A stretch of 64,000 bases of DNA, taken from a virus. The DNA lies in IMG/VR virus record IMGVR_UViG_3300028615_000137, positions 32,001 to 96,000 of that record; one strand, written 5' to 3'. The stretch's first letter is position 1. Every line of letters starts with the position of its first letter. Shown one piece after another: positions 1-10,548 of the stretch. Below the pieces are notes generated by a model. The model saw only the letters and a list, made by a program, of their open reading frames with translations. It made no database searches and had not been told where the DNA came from. The translations under genes were made by a program, and so were the position numbers.

Positions 1-2
1 AT

Positions 3-641
3 GATGGTGGTGACACCGAACTTTACTTCATGGACGATGGTGGCGCTGTTGTTCAACTTACCAACGACGGTACTCTTGTTGACCACGCTTCTGCCCATAT
101 TCAGGGTGGAACCGATGAAATTGATGGCGACCAGTTAGATATCGACTTTACTCCCACTAACTACTCTCCTGATACTACTCCAGGCGAAGTAAGTGATGTT
201 GACCATCTTAGCGCACATCTTGCCGGTATCGATAACGCTTTGGCTGGCGTCGATAATACCATTACTCTTACTAACGATAATGCTAGTGCTGCTACACAAG
301 GCATGGTCGTGTATATCAGCGGGGACGGTTCTTTCGACTTGGCGGATGCCGATGCCGCGTCAACAGCAAGAGCTTTTGGTATTGTTGCAGATGCTAGTAT
401 CGCTTCGGCTGGTTCTGGTGAAGTCGCTTACACTGGCACGGCGACTGTTCCTTCTGCAAGACAAAACGGCGTTTGGACCGCGGGCGATCGAATTTATGTC
501 GATACGACGGCTGGTGATATGACCAACAGCGCGCCTACCGCAGGCGGAACTTATGTGGCCATGATTGGTATTTGTATCAATACTCCTGGTGGTGGCGATG
601 CTACCGTAGCAATTGTGAGAGAGCCGCTTATCGCCAACTAA
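3..641 (+). CDS. Virion structural/fibre protein, 5'-truncated (C-terminal DUF2190/capsid-cement-like domain)
   Basis: Frame is open from window start (DGGDTELYFMDD...). Gly/Ala/Thr-rich; C-terminus GMVVYI..ADAD...AFGIV...G.RIY resembles cement/decoration domains. Confidence 0.6.
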   Translation, partial: DGGDTELYFMDDGGAVVQLTNDGTLVDHASAHIQGGTDEIDGDQLDIDFTPTNYSPDTTPGEVSDVDHLSAHLAGIDNALAGVDNTITLTNDNASAATQGMVVYISGDGSFDLADADAASTARAFGIVADASIASAGSGEVAYTGTATVPSARQNGVWTAGDRIYVDTTAGDMTNSAPTAGGTYVAMIGICINTPGGGDATVAIVREPLIAN

Positions 642-669
642 TTTTTGTAAAAACTATTACGTAAAATTA

Positions 670-703
670 GACAGCGGTAGTTCTTTATAGGGTTACCGCT
701 GTC
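670..703 (+). terminator. Intergenic stem-loop
   Basis: GACAGCGGTA(670-679)/TACCGCTGTC(694-703) perfect 10-bp inverted repeat; weak U-tail. Confidence 0.5.
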
Positions 704-715
704 GTTCTATAAACT

Positions 716-1720
716 ATGACCAAACAATTAGAATATGATGCTACTTTGGGTGTGTATAGGGCACGCGAAGAATCTTCTCTACAAGAAACTTCCGACCCAA
801 CCAACGCAAGCGATACAGGGTTTATTTACACAAAAGACGTAAGTGGCAGCACAGAATTATTCTACATTGACGATTCGGGTAATGTTACGCAATTAACCGA
901 CAGTGGTAAACTGTACGGACCAATTGATATACCATCTGGAACTTCTAATTTATTTTCTGGAGCAGAAATTGATTTTAATAGCGGCTCTACAGTACATTTT
1001 AATGCCGCTGGTGCAAATGTATGTTTCCATAATGGTTTTGATGTCGACGGTGGTTTAGCTAGAGTATTTAATGGAGCTGAATTGCAAATAAATTCTGACG
1101 GCATATTTGATTGCAATGCTTTGGGCTCTAACGTGACTTTTGCCAACGGTTTAACCATTGAAAATGCCGATTTAGATTTGGAAAGTACAGCTAGGATCGA
1201 CGCCAAGAGCGGTTCGATAATTCAAATCGATTCTGGAGCCTTTTTAGACTGTAATGGAAATATTGAAGATATAAGCTTTGCAAATGGATTTATTTTCGAA
1301 AATAGAATCAACGATCCTTCAGCACCGGAATCTAATATAGGGCTGTTATATTCAAGAACCAAAAACACTATAATGGAATTATTTTTCATGGATAGCGAAG
1401 GTCAGATTTCGCAATTAACAGCGAATGGAGCCTTGGTAAAATGGAATGTAACAGATACAAAGACTACAAATTATACCGCTGACTTTGACGATTTTGTAAA
1501 AACGGACAGTACGAGCGGTGGATTTACTATAACTTTACCAGAACAAACAAATGATAGTTCTACAGGAACGGAAATTTGCGTCTGGAACATAGCAGGAACC
1601 AATACGGTTACAGTTGCTGCTAGTGGTAGTGACACCATAAACGGACCAACAACTTTGAATGCCGTAGACGACAGCATCAAATACGTTTCCGATGGCAATG
1701 GTAACTGGTACGGGAGGTAA
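716..1720 (+). CDS. Virion fibre protein with beta-helix-like repeats
   Basis: 334 aa; NVxFxNG repeats; C-terminal TDTKTTNYTA..VKTDSTSGGFTITLP...SDGNGNW fibre-type domain. Confidence 0.6.
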   Translation: MTKQLEYDATLGVYRAREESSLQETSDPTNASDTGFIYTKDVSGSTELFYIDDSGNVTQLTDSGKLYGPIDIPSGTSNLFSGAEIDFNSGSTVHFNAAGANVCFHNGFDVDGGLARVFNGAELQINSDGIFDCNALGSNVTFANGLTIENADLDLESTARIDAKSGSIIQIDSGAFLDCNGNIEDISFANGFIFENRINDPSAPESNIGLLYSRTKNTIMELFFMDSEGQISQLTANGALVKWNVTDTKTTNYTADFDDFVKTDSTSGGFTITLPEQTNDSSTGTEICVWNIAGTNTVTVAASGSDTINGPTTLNAVDDSIKYVSDGNGNWYGR

Positions 1721-1723
1721 CAA

Positions 1724-2134
1724 ATGAGCTTTGGTAGTGGTTATTTTGGAAGTGGTGCTATGGGCAGCACTGGAGTTAGTAGCGGCTCCCCTTGCTCGGG
1801 TTCCAGCGACTGTAATGATCCGTTACCTCCTGTAGTAAACAATTTTGTTCCGCCAAATTTTTCGGAAATAACTCCAGAACAATTGATTCAATTTGACGTA
1901 ACAGACAACAAAATTTTTAGAGCAATTTTTGTAGTTGCGGGTTATGCAAGCACTGGCTTATACGAAATTGTTCACGATGGAACGAATTTTTCCCCATTTT
2001 ATCAGGCTGGTTCTACTAGAAGTATTATTCCCAATGGATTTCGATACTTTGTAAAAAGATTTAATGGTTGGCCTAGTAGCCCGATTATTAGGGTATATGC
2101 TATCGACGGTGGCGGAAATCAAGCAATTCCGTAA
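1724..2134 (+). CDS. Hypothetical virion protein
   Basis: 136-aa ORF in tightly packed structural cluster; GSG-rich N-terminus. Confidence 0.55.
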   Translation: MSFGSGYFGSGAMGSTGVSSGSPCSGSSDCNDPLPPVVNNFVPPNFSEITPEQLIQFDVTDNKIFRAIFVVAGYASTGLYEIVHDGTNFSPFYQAGSTRSIIPNGFRYFVKRFNGWPSSPIIRVYAIDGGGNQAIP

Positions 2135-2153
2135 TTTATGATAGGATTATAGT

Positions 2154-4808
2154 ATGGGTTTAATGAAAATCGATCAAACGGGATTACCAGCCGGTACTCC
2201 TGGCGAATCTCGTTCTGATGGTCTGGATACCGGAGCGCAAGTTACTCTAACTAGCACTACACCCGGCACTACTCATGAATTCAGATTTTTGTGGCATCCT
2301 ACTGCTGATACAGACGCAGTTTCTAGTTTAGTGCAAACTGGCAGCCCTGAAGTGTGGACATTTAGCCCTACTGCGGGCGTGTACGGAAGCTACCTAATTG
2401 AACTAATCGTAGACGAAGGCTTGGCAACAGAAAGTCGCGAACGAAGAATTTTTGGCATAAGAACGCCAAATCGCGGTCTGTTAATTCCTGCCTGGAACGA
2501 AGGGGCAGACCCCAACGGGTCTTTAGTAAATTTGGGTCCGCTAGTCGTCAAAGCTTCTACCATGAACGAAAACGGTAATGCAACCGGATGGTGGTTAGCT
2601 TTTGAAGAGGCTTTATTAGATTTAGATGATGCTGGCGCGGGTGGCGGTGGAACCGACATCGAAGTTTTGGATGAAGGTGGAAGTCTGACTTCTGCTCTTG
2701 AATCTATAGATTTTGTTGGTACTGGTGTCGAAGCGACGAACGTAGGTGGGGCAGTTACGGTAACTGTAAATCTGCCAGCGGGTTCTCCAATAGAAGCGTT
2801 GGACGAAGATGTTAGTTTGAACGCCGATATCACTTCGCTAAATTTTAAAGGTGAAGGTGTAACGGCAACTAACATAGGTCAAGATATAACAGTAACCGTT
2901 CCTGGCGTTGAAGTCACTCAAAGAAATTTACACGATCTTACTCACGATCCAGAAGGTCTATGGCAATTTAGCCCAAATCCAGATTTAGTAGCTGATTTAC
3001 CTTGGCGTTCTGATGTCAGTCCGAATGATCACGGCGGATTTGGAAACGTGGCAGGAGCGTTAAGAGTAACAAAAGGTCCTGCTCCAAATACTTCCGCATT
3101 GTTTCTAGACGGCGGAACTAGATTAGTAAATTCTGCTGGTGGTACTGAAATTGACCCTCCTTCTGTGGGTGTTGCAATTTCGGTAGAAGCTCTAATCTTT
3201 TTGAACACCTTTGTAGGAACCGGCGAATTTGCTCATATTTTTGAATTTGGTTCTTCTGGCGAGACTTTAAATGACAATGTTCTGTATGGATTACAACTTT
3301 GGCAGAATAACAGATTGATAGCATACTGGGAAACGGGTAATGGTACTCAAAATCAGTTAGTTCCGGCCGATTTGTATGCCCTACCGATTGGAGAATGGAT
3401 ACACGTAGCATTCACAATGAGTGCTGGTGGCGTTGGCAATACTACAGTTAGATTGTATGTCAACGGCGAAATGATAGCCGAAGATACTTCCGCCAACCAT
3501 TCGGACGGTGGGGTAAACGGCAAACTATATATCGGCGGAAGTGTAGAGTCTGGAGCGGATTTCTTTAGCGGCTGCTTGTCGTCTCTCAAAGTAATTTATG
3601 GCACAGAATTAACTCCGCAACAGGTAGCTGACGAAGCTAGATTTACCTTACCCGAACAAATAGGTTTGGCGGATGGATTTGCTCCGCGTCTTCATGATAC
3701 TACTCACAATCCTGTCGGTTTATGGCAATTGGATGGTAATCTTCTGGATAGCTCGGGCAATGGCTTAACATTAGATTCTGTCTCAGGCTCCGAACAATAT
3801 GGTTCTGCCGTTTCGAGTAAAAATAGCGCTGCTTATTTTGACGGTTCGACTATTATTTCTCGTTCAATTCACGATTCTATTTTAGCTTTAGATGAAGATG
3901 TTACATTAGAATTATTGTGCTTTCCGGTAGAATTTCAATCGGGCGGTTCTAATCCCGTTGTAGCAAATTTTGGTGCAGTGGGCGAAACTGCCGCTGATAA
4001 CATCCTATACCAAATCTATTTTCAAGCTGCTGCTCCTGGAAATAGACTTAGAGGATTCTGGGAAGCCGGAGCGGGAGGAAACGTTGCCGTATCGCCAGAT
4101 ATGCCAAGAATATTAGCTCCTGGTCGGTGGCATCATATAGCTTTTACCAGAGAAAATGGCCTAGGTAAAATTTATCACAATGGTAAAAAGCTCAAAGAAA
4201 CTGCTGGTACAGAGCCAATAGGCGAAGGTACCAATAGTGTGATGACTTTGGGAGGTTCTGGCGAGACTGGATATGGAAACTTTAAAGGCTTCCTAAGTTC
4301 TGTAAAAGTTATTCCCTTTGCTCTAAACCAAGAACAAATTCTCAAAGAAGTAGAAAGAACTCTGCCAGAAGTTGTATCAAGAACTCCCGTATTACAATTC
4401 GGCGACGACCATAGTATTCAAACGGATATTAGACTTAGACAGACTAGCTTAACTTCTCCGCAAACTGCTCAGACGATGAATTTCAATGTTTCTGAAGATG
4501 GTTGGTATAGAATCGGTTGGTTAATACAACGAAGAATGGATACCACTACAGGACAACTAGAATATTCCATAGACGTAGACGATACGACCAATATTTTCAA
4601 AGCTCCCGGCGGAGAAGATAGAGCTTTGATCGAAGTATCGGACGTCGATAATAGATTATTCGATAGTGGGTTTTCTACAGTATTTTTGACTGCTGGCGCG
4701 CATGTTCTTAAAATTAAGTGGCAAGTCACTTCTGGAGCTACAGCAACTATTTACGAATCTAGGTTGGAAGTATTCAGAACTACTGCCGTTGAACAGGTTA
4801 TTTCCTAA
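2154..4808 (+). CDS. Fibre/adhesin protein with two LamG (ConA-like) domains
   Basis: Two repeats HDxTHxPxGLWQ...W.H.AFT...(L/I)YxNG...GG...F.G.LSS.KV typical of LamG-like jellyrolls; C-terminal beta-sandwich. Confidence 0.75.
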   Translation: MGLMKIDQTGLPAGTPGESRSDGLDTGAQVTLTSTTPGTTHEFRFLWHPTADTDAVSSLVQTGSPEVWTFSPTAGVYGSYLIELIVDEGLATESRERRIFGIRTPNRGLLIPAWNEGADPNGSLVNLGPLVVKASTMNENGNATGWWLAFEEALLDLDDAGAGGGGTDIEVLDEGGSLTSALESIDFVGTGVEATNVGGAVTVTVNLPAGSPIEALDEDVSLNADITSLNFKGEGVTATNIGQDITVTVPGVEVTQRNLHDLTHDPEGLWQFSPNPDLVADLPWRSDVSPNDHGGFGNVAGALRVTKGPAPNTSALFLDGGTRLVNSAGGTEIDPPSVGVAISVEALIFLNTFVGTGEFAHIFEFGSSGETLNDNVLYGLQLWQNNRLIAYWETGNGTQNQLVPADLYALPIGEWIHVAFTMSAGGVGNTTVRLYVNGEMIAEDTSANHSDGGVNGKLYIGGSVESGADFFSGCLSSLKVIYGTELTPQQVADEARFTLPEQIGLADGFAPRLHDTTHNPVGLWQLDGNLLDSSGNGLTLDSVSGSEQYGSAVSSKNSAAYFDGSTIISRSIHDSILALDEDVTLELLCFPVEFQSGGSNPVVANFGAVGETAADNILYQIYFQAAAPGNRLRGFWEAGAGGNVAVSPDMPRILAPGRWHHIAFTRENGLGKIYHNGKKLKETAGTEPIGEGTNSVMTLGGSGETGYGNFKGFLSSVKVIPFALNQEQILKEVERTLPEVVSRTPVLQFGDDHSIQTDIRLRQTSLTSPQTAQTMNFNVSEDGWYRIGWLIQRRMDTTTGQLEYSIDVDDTTNIFKAPGGEDRALIEVSDVDNRLFDSGFSTVFLTAGAHVLKIKWQVTSGATATIYESRLEVFRTTAVEQVIS

Positions 4809-6667
4809 TGACGACTAAATATACATATTCCAAAACAAGCGATACTGCTAATGGCTATGTAGATATCCTAGCATTGGGACAGCAAATACAATCATTAGAA
4901 TTGTCGGGTGTCTATCTCGGTATAAATATCATAAACGATGATATTGAGATACTTTTCAATCAAGCATTAACTGCTGGAGAACAAACGCAATTAGATTCGG
5001 TGGTTAGTACCCACGACGGTCAAGCAATACAAGGCTTGGGAACAAATAAAAATACCAGAAATCCTAATGTCAATGACGATACTACTAAGGGATTTAGAGT
5101 AGGTTCCCATTGGTATAATACTCAAGCGTTATCTGCATGGATTTGTTTAGACGCTTCCCAAGGTGCTGCAATCTGGAAAGAAATTAGCACATCTTATATT
5201 GGCGATTTGGGCGATCAACTTACGTCCCATTTAGAAGATGAAAATAATCCACATTCTGTAAATTTGAATGATATTGGACCATTTAATTTAGCCAATTTAA
5301 ATGCTAATATCAACGATGCTAATTTAGATGATAGCGACAGCCCAAGAACTCCTACTTCACATTCTACTTCGCATGAAGCGGATGGAAGTGACGAAATAGA
5401 CGGCGATAAATTAGATATTGATTTTGTACCCCAAAATTATGTTCCTAATACCGAACCAAGCGAAGTTGATAGTTCAAATCATCTTACTGCTCATTTAAAG
5501 GGTATCGATGAACTCATTAATCAAAGCGATGTTACTGGCCCTGAAAATTCTACCGATAATGCGGTTGTTAGATTTGATGGAACAGGTGGTAAGCAAATAC
5601 AGGATTCCACAGTTACTATCGACGACGCTGGAAATTTGTCGGTTCCAGGAACTGTCAATGGTCGCGATATTTCTGCTGACGGCACAAATCTTGATACTCA
5701 TATCGCTGACAATAGCAATCCTCACGGGATTACTCTCGCTACCTTGGAACATTGTACTCTTAGTGAGCTTAACGCCCTAATAGACAATGCAAATTTGGAC
5801 GATTTAAGCGAATCTAGAACCCCTACTTCACATTCTACTTCACATGAAGCCGATGGAAGCGACGAATTAGTTTTACAAAATTTAAGCAGTGGTGGCGCTT
5901 CAAGTGGTGAACATCCTGTTGCAGATGGAGCTGGCGGTTGGAATTTGGTTCCAGTTAGTCAGTACCAATTAAACTCTGAGAAAGGTCAAGCGAACGGGTA
6001 TGCAAGTCTAGATGGTAGTGCCGAAATCGCTGACGTTACACATGGCGCCCGCGGCGGAGGTTCCTTGCATACAACTGCTACCGATTCTGCAAATGGCTTT
6101 ATGTCGGCTGCCGACAAAGCCAAGCTTGATGGTATTGCAGACAATGCCGAGGTAGACAACAAAGATGCAAAAGTAAGTTCTAATGACACAAGCCCGGGAT
6201 TTTTGTCAACTAAGCTTGTCGCGGGTGCAAATATAACTCTGACGGAACAAAACGACGGAGGTAACGAAACATTAGAAATTTCCGCCGCTTCTGGCGGAGG
6301 CGGTAGTGTAATAACACAATCTGCTGCAACAAATGAGATTTCCACAGGTTCGGAAAGTTTCGTTTCGATGCCAGACATGAGCCAAACGCCAGGAGCCGGC
6401 AATTTTAAAATTGAATTCTCTTCAACTATTTGGAATACGAGCAATGACGGTAGTATTTATATAGCAATTTTTGTAGACGGTTCAAAAATTGCACATTCGG
6501 AAAGAATGCAACGATTAGATGCTGCTTATTACCAAGGCGTTGGAAATATACAAACACAAGCTTATGTCACAGTTAGTGCCGATCAAGTCGTAGAAATACG
6601 CTGGAAGAAGGGTCCTTTTGGCACTGCTTATGCGAATAATAGATCTATGATTCTTACTAAGGTTTAA
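4808..6667 (+). CDS. Phage fibre protein (mosaic)
   Basis: Contains GxANGYASLDG, NGFMSAADKAKLDGI and HIADxxNPH motifs common in phage fibres; internal repeat. Confidence 0.7.
   Translation: MTTKYTYSKTSDTANGYVDILALGQQIQSLELSGVYLGINIINDDIEILFNQALTAGEQTQLDSVVSTHDGQAIQGLGTNKNTRNPNVNDDTTKGFRVGSHWYNTQALSAWICLDASQGAAIWKEISTSYIGDLGDQLTSHLEDENNPHSVNLNDIGPFNLANLNANINDANLDDSDSPRTPTSHSTSHEADGSDEIDGDKLDIDFVPQNYVPNTEPSEVDSSNHLTAHLKGIDELINQSDVTGPENSTDNAVVRFDGTGGKQIQDSTVTIDDAGNLSVPGTVNGRDISADGTNLDTHIADNSNPHGITLATLEHCTLSELNALIDNANLDDLSESRTPTSHSTSHEADGSDELVLQNLSSGGASSGEHPVADGAGGWNLVPVSQYQLNSEKGQANGYASLDGSAEIADVTHGARGGGSLHTTATDSANGFMSAADKAKLDGIADNAEVDNKDAKVSSNDTSPGFLSTKLVAGANITLTEQNDGGNETLEISAASGGGGSVITQSAATNEISTGSESFVSMPDMSQTPGAGNFKIEFSSTIWNTSNDGSIYIAIFVDGSKIAHSERMQRLDAAYYQGVGNIQTQAYVTVSADQVVEIRWKKGPFGTAYANNRSMILTKV
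5345..5866 (+). repeat. Intragenic direct repeat (two copies of about 50 nt, near 5346 and 5816)
   Basis: AGAAC(T/C)CCTACTTCACATTCTACTTC(G/A)CATGAAGC(G/C)GATGGAAG(T/C)GACGAA occurs twice and encodes RTPTSHSTSHEADGSDE. Confidence 0.85.
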
Positions 6668-6669
6668 AG

Positions 6670-7536
6670 ATGGCTGCTACAAAATATTCCTATTCTATTT
6701 CGAACGATTTTCCAGATTCGCTGGTCAATCCAGACAAACTAAAGTCTGAGATTGTTGCAAGTTCAATAAGCATCGCCTTAGATTATATAGAAACAAACGG
6801 AGATGTTTGCGACATTTGGTTTAAGGATTCTCTTCCGCCTGCCGATAAGTCCACTCTAGACAATAATACCACTTCGCCAGCGGGTGGTTTAATAGCAGCG
6901 CATGATAACACGCCTAACGAAAAAGAAACTTCTCCAGTTTTAATTGAAGAAGAGCACGTAAAAACGGGGGGTCACTATCAAGCTAAAGGTTGGAAAGATA
7001 ATATTCCTGCTAGCGTCGGTTGGCATGAGTTTCCCGACATTTCGTTTCCATATGGAGTAAACATACTCTCAGCCGAGGCTTATTGTTCTCCTGAAAACGA
7101 TGGAGATCATTTTGAATTTCAAATTGCTCCTGACACAATAGTTGGAAACATCACGGTGGATGTTTCTGCTTCTGACACAATATTTATAGTTTCGGATTCT
7201 GTAATAGAAAATGTCTATGTAGGAGTTCATGTAAAATTAGATGATGGCACCAATATCGACGATTGCGGCGAAATTATTGCAATAGATAAGAATAATAATC
7301 AAATTACTGTCGAAACTGCTGCCGTCAATTCATTTACCGCCGCTACTCCTACAAATGTAAAAATGACCATTTTTCAAGCGAAAAATATTCACTTGAAAAA
7401 TGGTCACAGAATTATTCTAGGCGAATCGAAAATAGGTGCAAGCTACGTCCCTGCAAATACTGTTATGAGATTTCGATATTATAACAGTGAAGCCGCGGCC
7501 AAATCTTTCGATTTCTTCTTCGAACTTCTTTACTAA
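6670..7536 (+). CDS. Hypothetical virion protein
   Basis: 288 aa; N-terminal domain (TKYxYS...H.) is similar to that of 4808..6667. Confidence 0.6.
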   Translation: MAATKYSYSISNDFPDSLVNPDKLKSEIVASSISIALDYIETNGDVCDIWFKDSLPPADKSTLDNNTTSPAGGLIAAHDNTPNEKETSPVLIEEEHVKTGGHYQAKGWKDNIPASVGWHEFPDISFPYGVNILSAEAYCSPENDGDHFEFQIAPDTIVGNITVDVSASDTIFIVSDSVIENVYVGVHVKLDDGTNIDDCGEIIAIDKNNNQITVETAAVNSFTAATPTNVKMTIFQAKNIHLKNGHRIILGESKIGASYVPANTVMRFRYYNSEAAAKSFDFFFELLY

Positions 7537-8405
7537 TGCGTGCTTTAGTACTAAGCGGCGGGGGCTCGAAAGGTCAATTCCAAGTAGGTGCGTTGAAGCA
7601 TTTACTTTATGATCTTGGCGAACAATACGACCTACTCTGCGGCGTTAGTGTTGGAGCTTTAGTCGCTTCTTTCTTGGCGCAATATCCTTTGGGTCAAGAA
7701 AAGCAAGCATATAAAGATCTAGAAGAATTATTTTCTGGCGTTGAAAATAAAGACATTTGGAAACGCTGGTTTCCCTTCGGAAAATTACACGGTCTGCCTT
7801 TAGATTTTTGGCCATTTTCTAAAATGAAAAAGTCTAGTTTTGTTAACAGCAAACCGCTACAAGAATTAGTCGGCAGCAAGTTAAACATAAAACGCATAAA
7901 AAAATCCGGTAGGCAATTGATTGTCGGTGCCGTCAACCTGAAAACTGGCGAATACAATACATTTGACCAAGAACATAGACCGTTATCTAAAGCTGTATTA
8001 GCTTCGTCTTCTTTCCCGGCGTTTTTCCTACCAGTCCTTATACAAAATGATTTGTGGACCGACGGCGGAATTAGAACTGTAACTCCGATTAAAGCAGCTA
8101 TCGATAACGGTGCGACAGAAATTGATATAATTATGTGTTCCCCGGAAAATGTTCAACAAAATTTTAAAAGAAGTCCGTCTGCTTTCGACGTAGCAATTCG
8201 CTCTATTGATATTATGATGGATCAAGTCATTGACGATGACCTAGATAAAGCTCTGTTGAACAATCAAATCGAAGGCAAGAAAAAAATAAAATTTAAAGTG
8301 ATTAGGCCAGATTTTCAGTTGAACGAAGATTCTCTAAATTTCAATCCTAAGGAAGCCAAAAAGCTACAACATTTAGGATACATGAAAGCCGTAGAAGTTA
8401 TCTAA
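7536..8405 (+). CDS. Patatin-like phospholipase
   Basis: LVLSGGGSKG oxyanion loop, GVSVG nucleophile elbow, ASSSFP and DGG catalytic Asp motifs. Confidence 0.93.
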   Translation: MRALVLSGGGSKGQFQVGALKHLLYDLGEQYDLLCGVSVGALVASFLAQYPLGQEKQAYKDLEELFSGVENKDIWKRWFPFGKLHGLPLDFWPFSKMKKSSFVNSKPLQELVGSKLNIKRIKKSGRQLIVGAVNLKTGEYNTFDQEHRPLSKAVLASSSFPAFFLPVLIQNDLWTDGGIRTVTPIKAAIDNGATEIDIIMCSPENVQQNFKRSPSAFDVAIRSIDIMMDQVIDDDLDKALLNNQIEGKKKIKFKVIRPDFQLNEDSLNFNPKEAKKLQHLGYMKAVEVI

Positions 8406-8413
8406 GGTGAAAA

Positions 8414-10393
8414 ATGAGCAATACCGTCACAGAAGATCTTACTTCGCAAGTAGATGGTGTAACTACAACATTCACCACTTCACAGACTTTCATAGCCGAT
8501 AGTCTAGAAGTACATCTAAACGGCAATAGATTAAGAGCTGGTGTAGATTTCGAAGAAGATCCCGGTCTATCTTCTTTTACTTTTATTGCTACTCCGCTCA
8601 CGGCTCCATTTGCTACAGATTTTCTAGCGGTTCAATATGAGATTGTTTCAGTCGGAGGCGGGGGCAGCGTAGGAGTCTTAGACGAAGGTGTCCCCATAGG
8701 AAACTTCGACTCTTTAGATTTTAAGGGAGTAGGCGTTACAGCTTTGCCCGATGGGACTACAGCTTGTATTTTCATTCCACCGCCAGAATTCCTCTCTCAT
8801 TGGAATACGTCGGATGGCTCAAACGGAGATCAATTCGTAACTAACGATATTACTAGCAAATTGGTCCACGTTAGCACCCCTTCTGGCGGCGAAGGTAGTC
8901 CATTTAAAACTAATGGTTGGGAAAATACGAACAGACAAGGTCACCTACCCCAAATTGTAACCATCGAAACACCTGGTGATACAACCGGGTTTGGTGGCGA
9001 TAGTACGATGACTGTCGATGTATACGAAGCCGACGGTTCAACATTAATAGAAAGTTTTACTACTCCTGCTATAACTGAGAACGGCACATTTTCTTCTGGA
9101 AATATCACCGTTACCATTTCAAACTATGGGCCAGATTCATCTAGATTCAAAGCCAAGGCTGTAGTAGAAGTAGACATAGATTTAGCCTTTACTGGAATAG
9201 GTCAAGACGGTGGAAGATATCATATCGAAGTTACACACACTACAGACTCGACTACAGACGGAAACGGACCGTTTGTATACATCCAACCTGACATTTTCCT
9301 TGACACTAACCAAACTACGCCTAGCATTAACGGAACTACAAGCATTGCAGAAAGAGCAGGTTTCGTTGTTACAAAACATTTGTCGGGGCTCGAATACTAT
9401 ACAATCGGAAGTCAATTCACTGTCGACGTCACTGATATCGACGACTTCAACGAAAATTCTCACAGAATAGATGAAAGTTTAGTTATAGACGGCAGCGAAT
9501 ATGGTTTGCCTAGTTTAAGTCATTCGCCATTTGGAGTAGGTTCAGCTAATTTCATAGGTTGGAGCAATAATCATGACCAAAACGATGTTGACTATAGCAA
9601 AGAAGATTGGACGATCAACGCCGCTAATTTCCGCTATATTGGTCCTAGTGGAAATATATCTGCCCTACCTCGCGATCCTTGGGCTAATGGTAGCTCTTCA
9701 AATAGTCCAAACAATAATATCCTGGTAGATACATATGGCATACAAAGTACAGACACTTACGAACCATTTGTTGACGAAGCAAGAAGAGAATTGGACGATT
9801 TTTCTGGTGCCGGGTCGTTTGATAGCGTGGGTTCGCTTTTGGCAGGCGAGGCTATGGTTTTCAATGATCAACTCATTTCGCCGCAATCGTCGACTTACGT
9901 TAGAAGCGATGGACCCAATTCACCAAATACCGATTGGTCTACTTTTGATCCTGGCATCAATCCCAACTATACTGGCTTGGTTGTTCCGGTAAAATATAAT
10001 AGAAGATTTACACAAGCCAGCGGAATAAATATTCCAAGTTTCACCATGGTTTTTAGTGGTACTTTCGTCGGAGGCAACGCACTTGCTGATTTGATCTCTA
10101 ACGACTTGGAAATTCTAATCTATAGAATTGCTATACCAAGTGGAACACCTGGCGTGTTTGGTCCGCCGCCCGGCAATACTAGACCGCTTAGGCTCCACGA
10201 ACCATTTAACTTTGCCCTGTATGACGACGGTCTTACAATTCCAGGATCTGGCATACGTCTAGGAGCTTCTTCGGGTAACACCATTGAAGCTACTTTTGGC
10301 ACCGGAACTCCAGCCGATACAGGGTTCTATATGTGCCTCTTTATAAACAACTCAACTATCAAAATTGGTAGTATTTCTGTAACATTAAACTAA
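8414..10393 (+). CDS. Large virion structural protein
   Basis: 659 aa, beta/Gly/Thr-rich; N-terminal DGVTTTFT..LEVHLNG..GVDF domain seen in phage structural proteins. Confidence 0.6.
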   Translation: MSNTVTEDLTSQVDGVTTTFTTSQTFIADSLEVHLNGNRLRAGVDFEEDPGLSSFTFIATPLTAPFATDFLAVQYEIVSVGGGGSVGVLDEGVPIGNFDSLDFKGVGVTALPDGTTACIFIPPPEFLSHWNTSDGSNGDQFVTNDITSKLVHVSTPSGGEGSPFKTNGWENTNRQGHLPQIVTIETPGDTTGFGGDSTMTVDVYEADGSTLIESFTTPAITENGTFSSGNITVTISNYGPDSSRFKAKAVVEVDIDLAFTGIGQDGGRYHIEVTHTTDSTTDGNGPFVYIQPDIFLDTNQTTPSINGTTSIAERAGFVVTKHLSGLEYYTIGSQFTVDVTDIDDFNENSHRIDESLVIDGSEYGLPSLSHSPFGVGSANFIGWSNNHDQNDVDYSKEDWTINAANFRYIGPSGNISALPRDPWANGSSSNSPNNNILVDTYGIQSTDTYEPFVDEARRELDDFSGAGSFDSVGSLLAGEAMVFNDQLISPQSSTYVRSDGPNSPNTDWSTFDPGINPNYTGLVVPVKYNRRFTQASGINIPSFTMVFSGTFVGGNALADLISNDLEILIYRIAIPSGTPGVFGPPPGNTRPLRLHEPFNFALYDDGLTIPGSGIRLGASSGNTIEATFGTGTPADTGFYMCLFINNSTIKIGSISVTLN

Positions 10394-10395
10394 TA

Positions 10396-10548
10396 ATGTA
10401 TTCTAAGCCTATAAAAATAAAAAGCAAAGACAACAACAAGGTAACTGTAAGTTTAAGAACTTCGGAAAATTCCGTTATAGTTGTAGAAGTTAATCGTAAG
10501 GATTTAGAAAAGGCGATTAGCGAATATAGAGCTGAATTGGATAGCTAA
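10396..10548 (+). CDS. Small hypothetical protein (50 aa)
   Basis: MYSKPIKIKSKD...AELDS; fills the gap exactly, with a TAATG overlap into the next gene. Confidence 0.55.
   Translation: MYSKPIKIKSKDNNKVTVSLRTSENSVIVVEVNRKDLEKAISEYRAELDS

Noticed and set aside
5345-5866. Repeat pair as a DGR template/variable region
   Set aside because: Differences are synonymous and not adenine-specific, both copies lie mid-gene, and there is no reverse transcriptase in the window.
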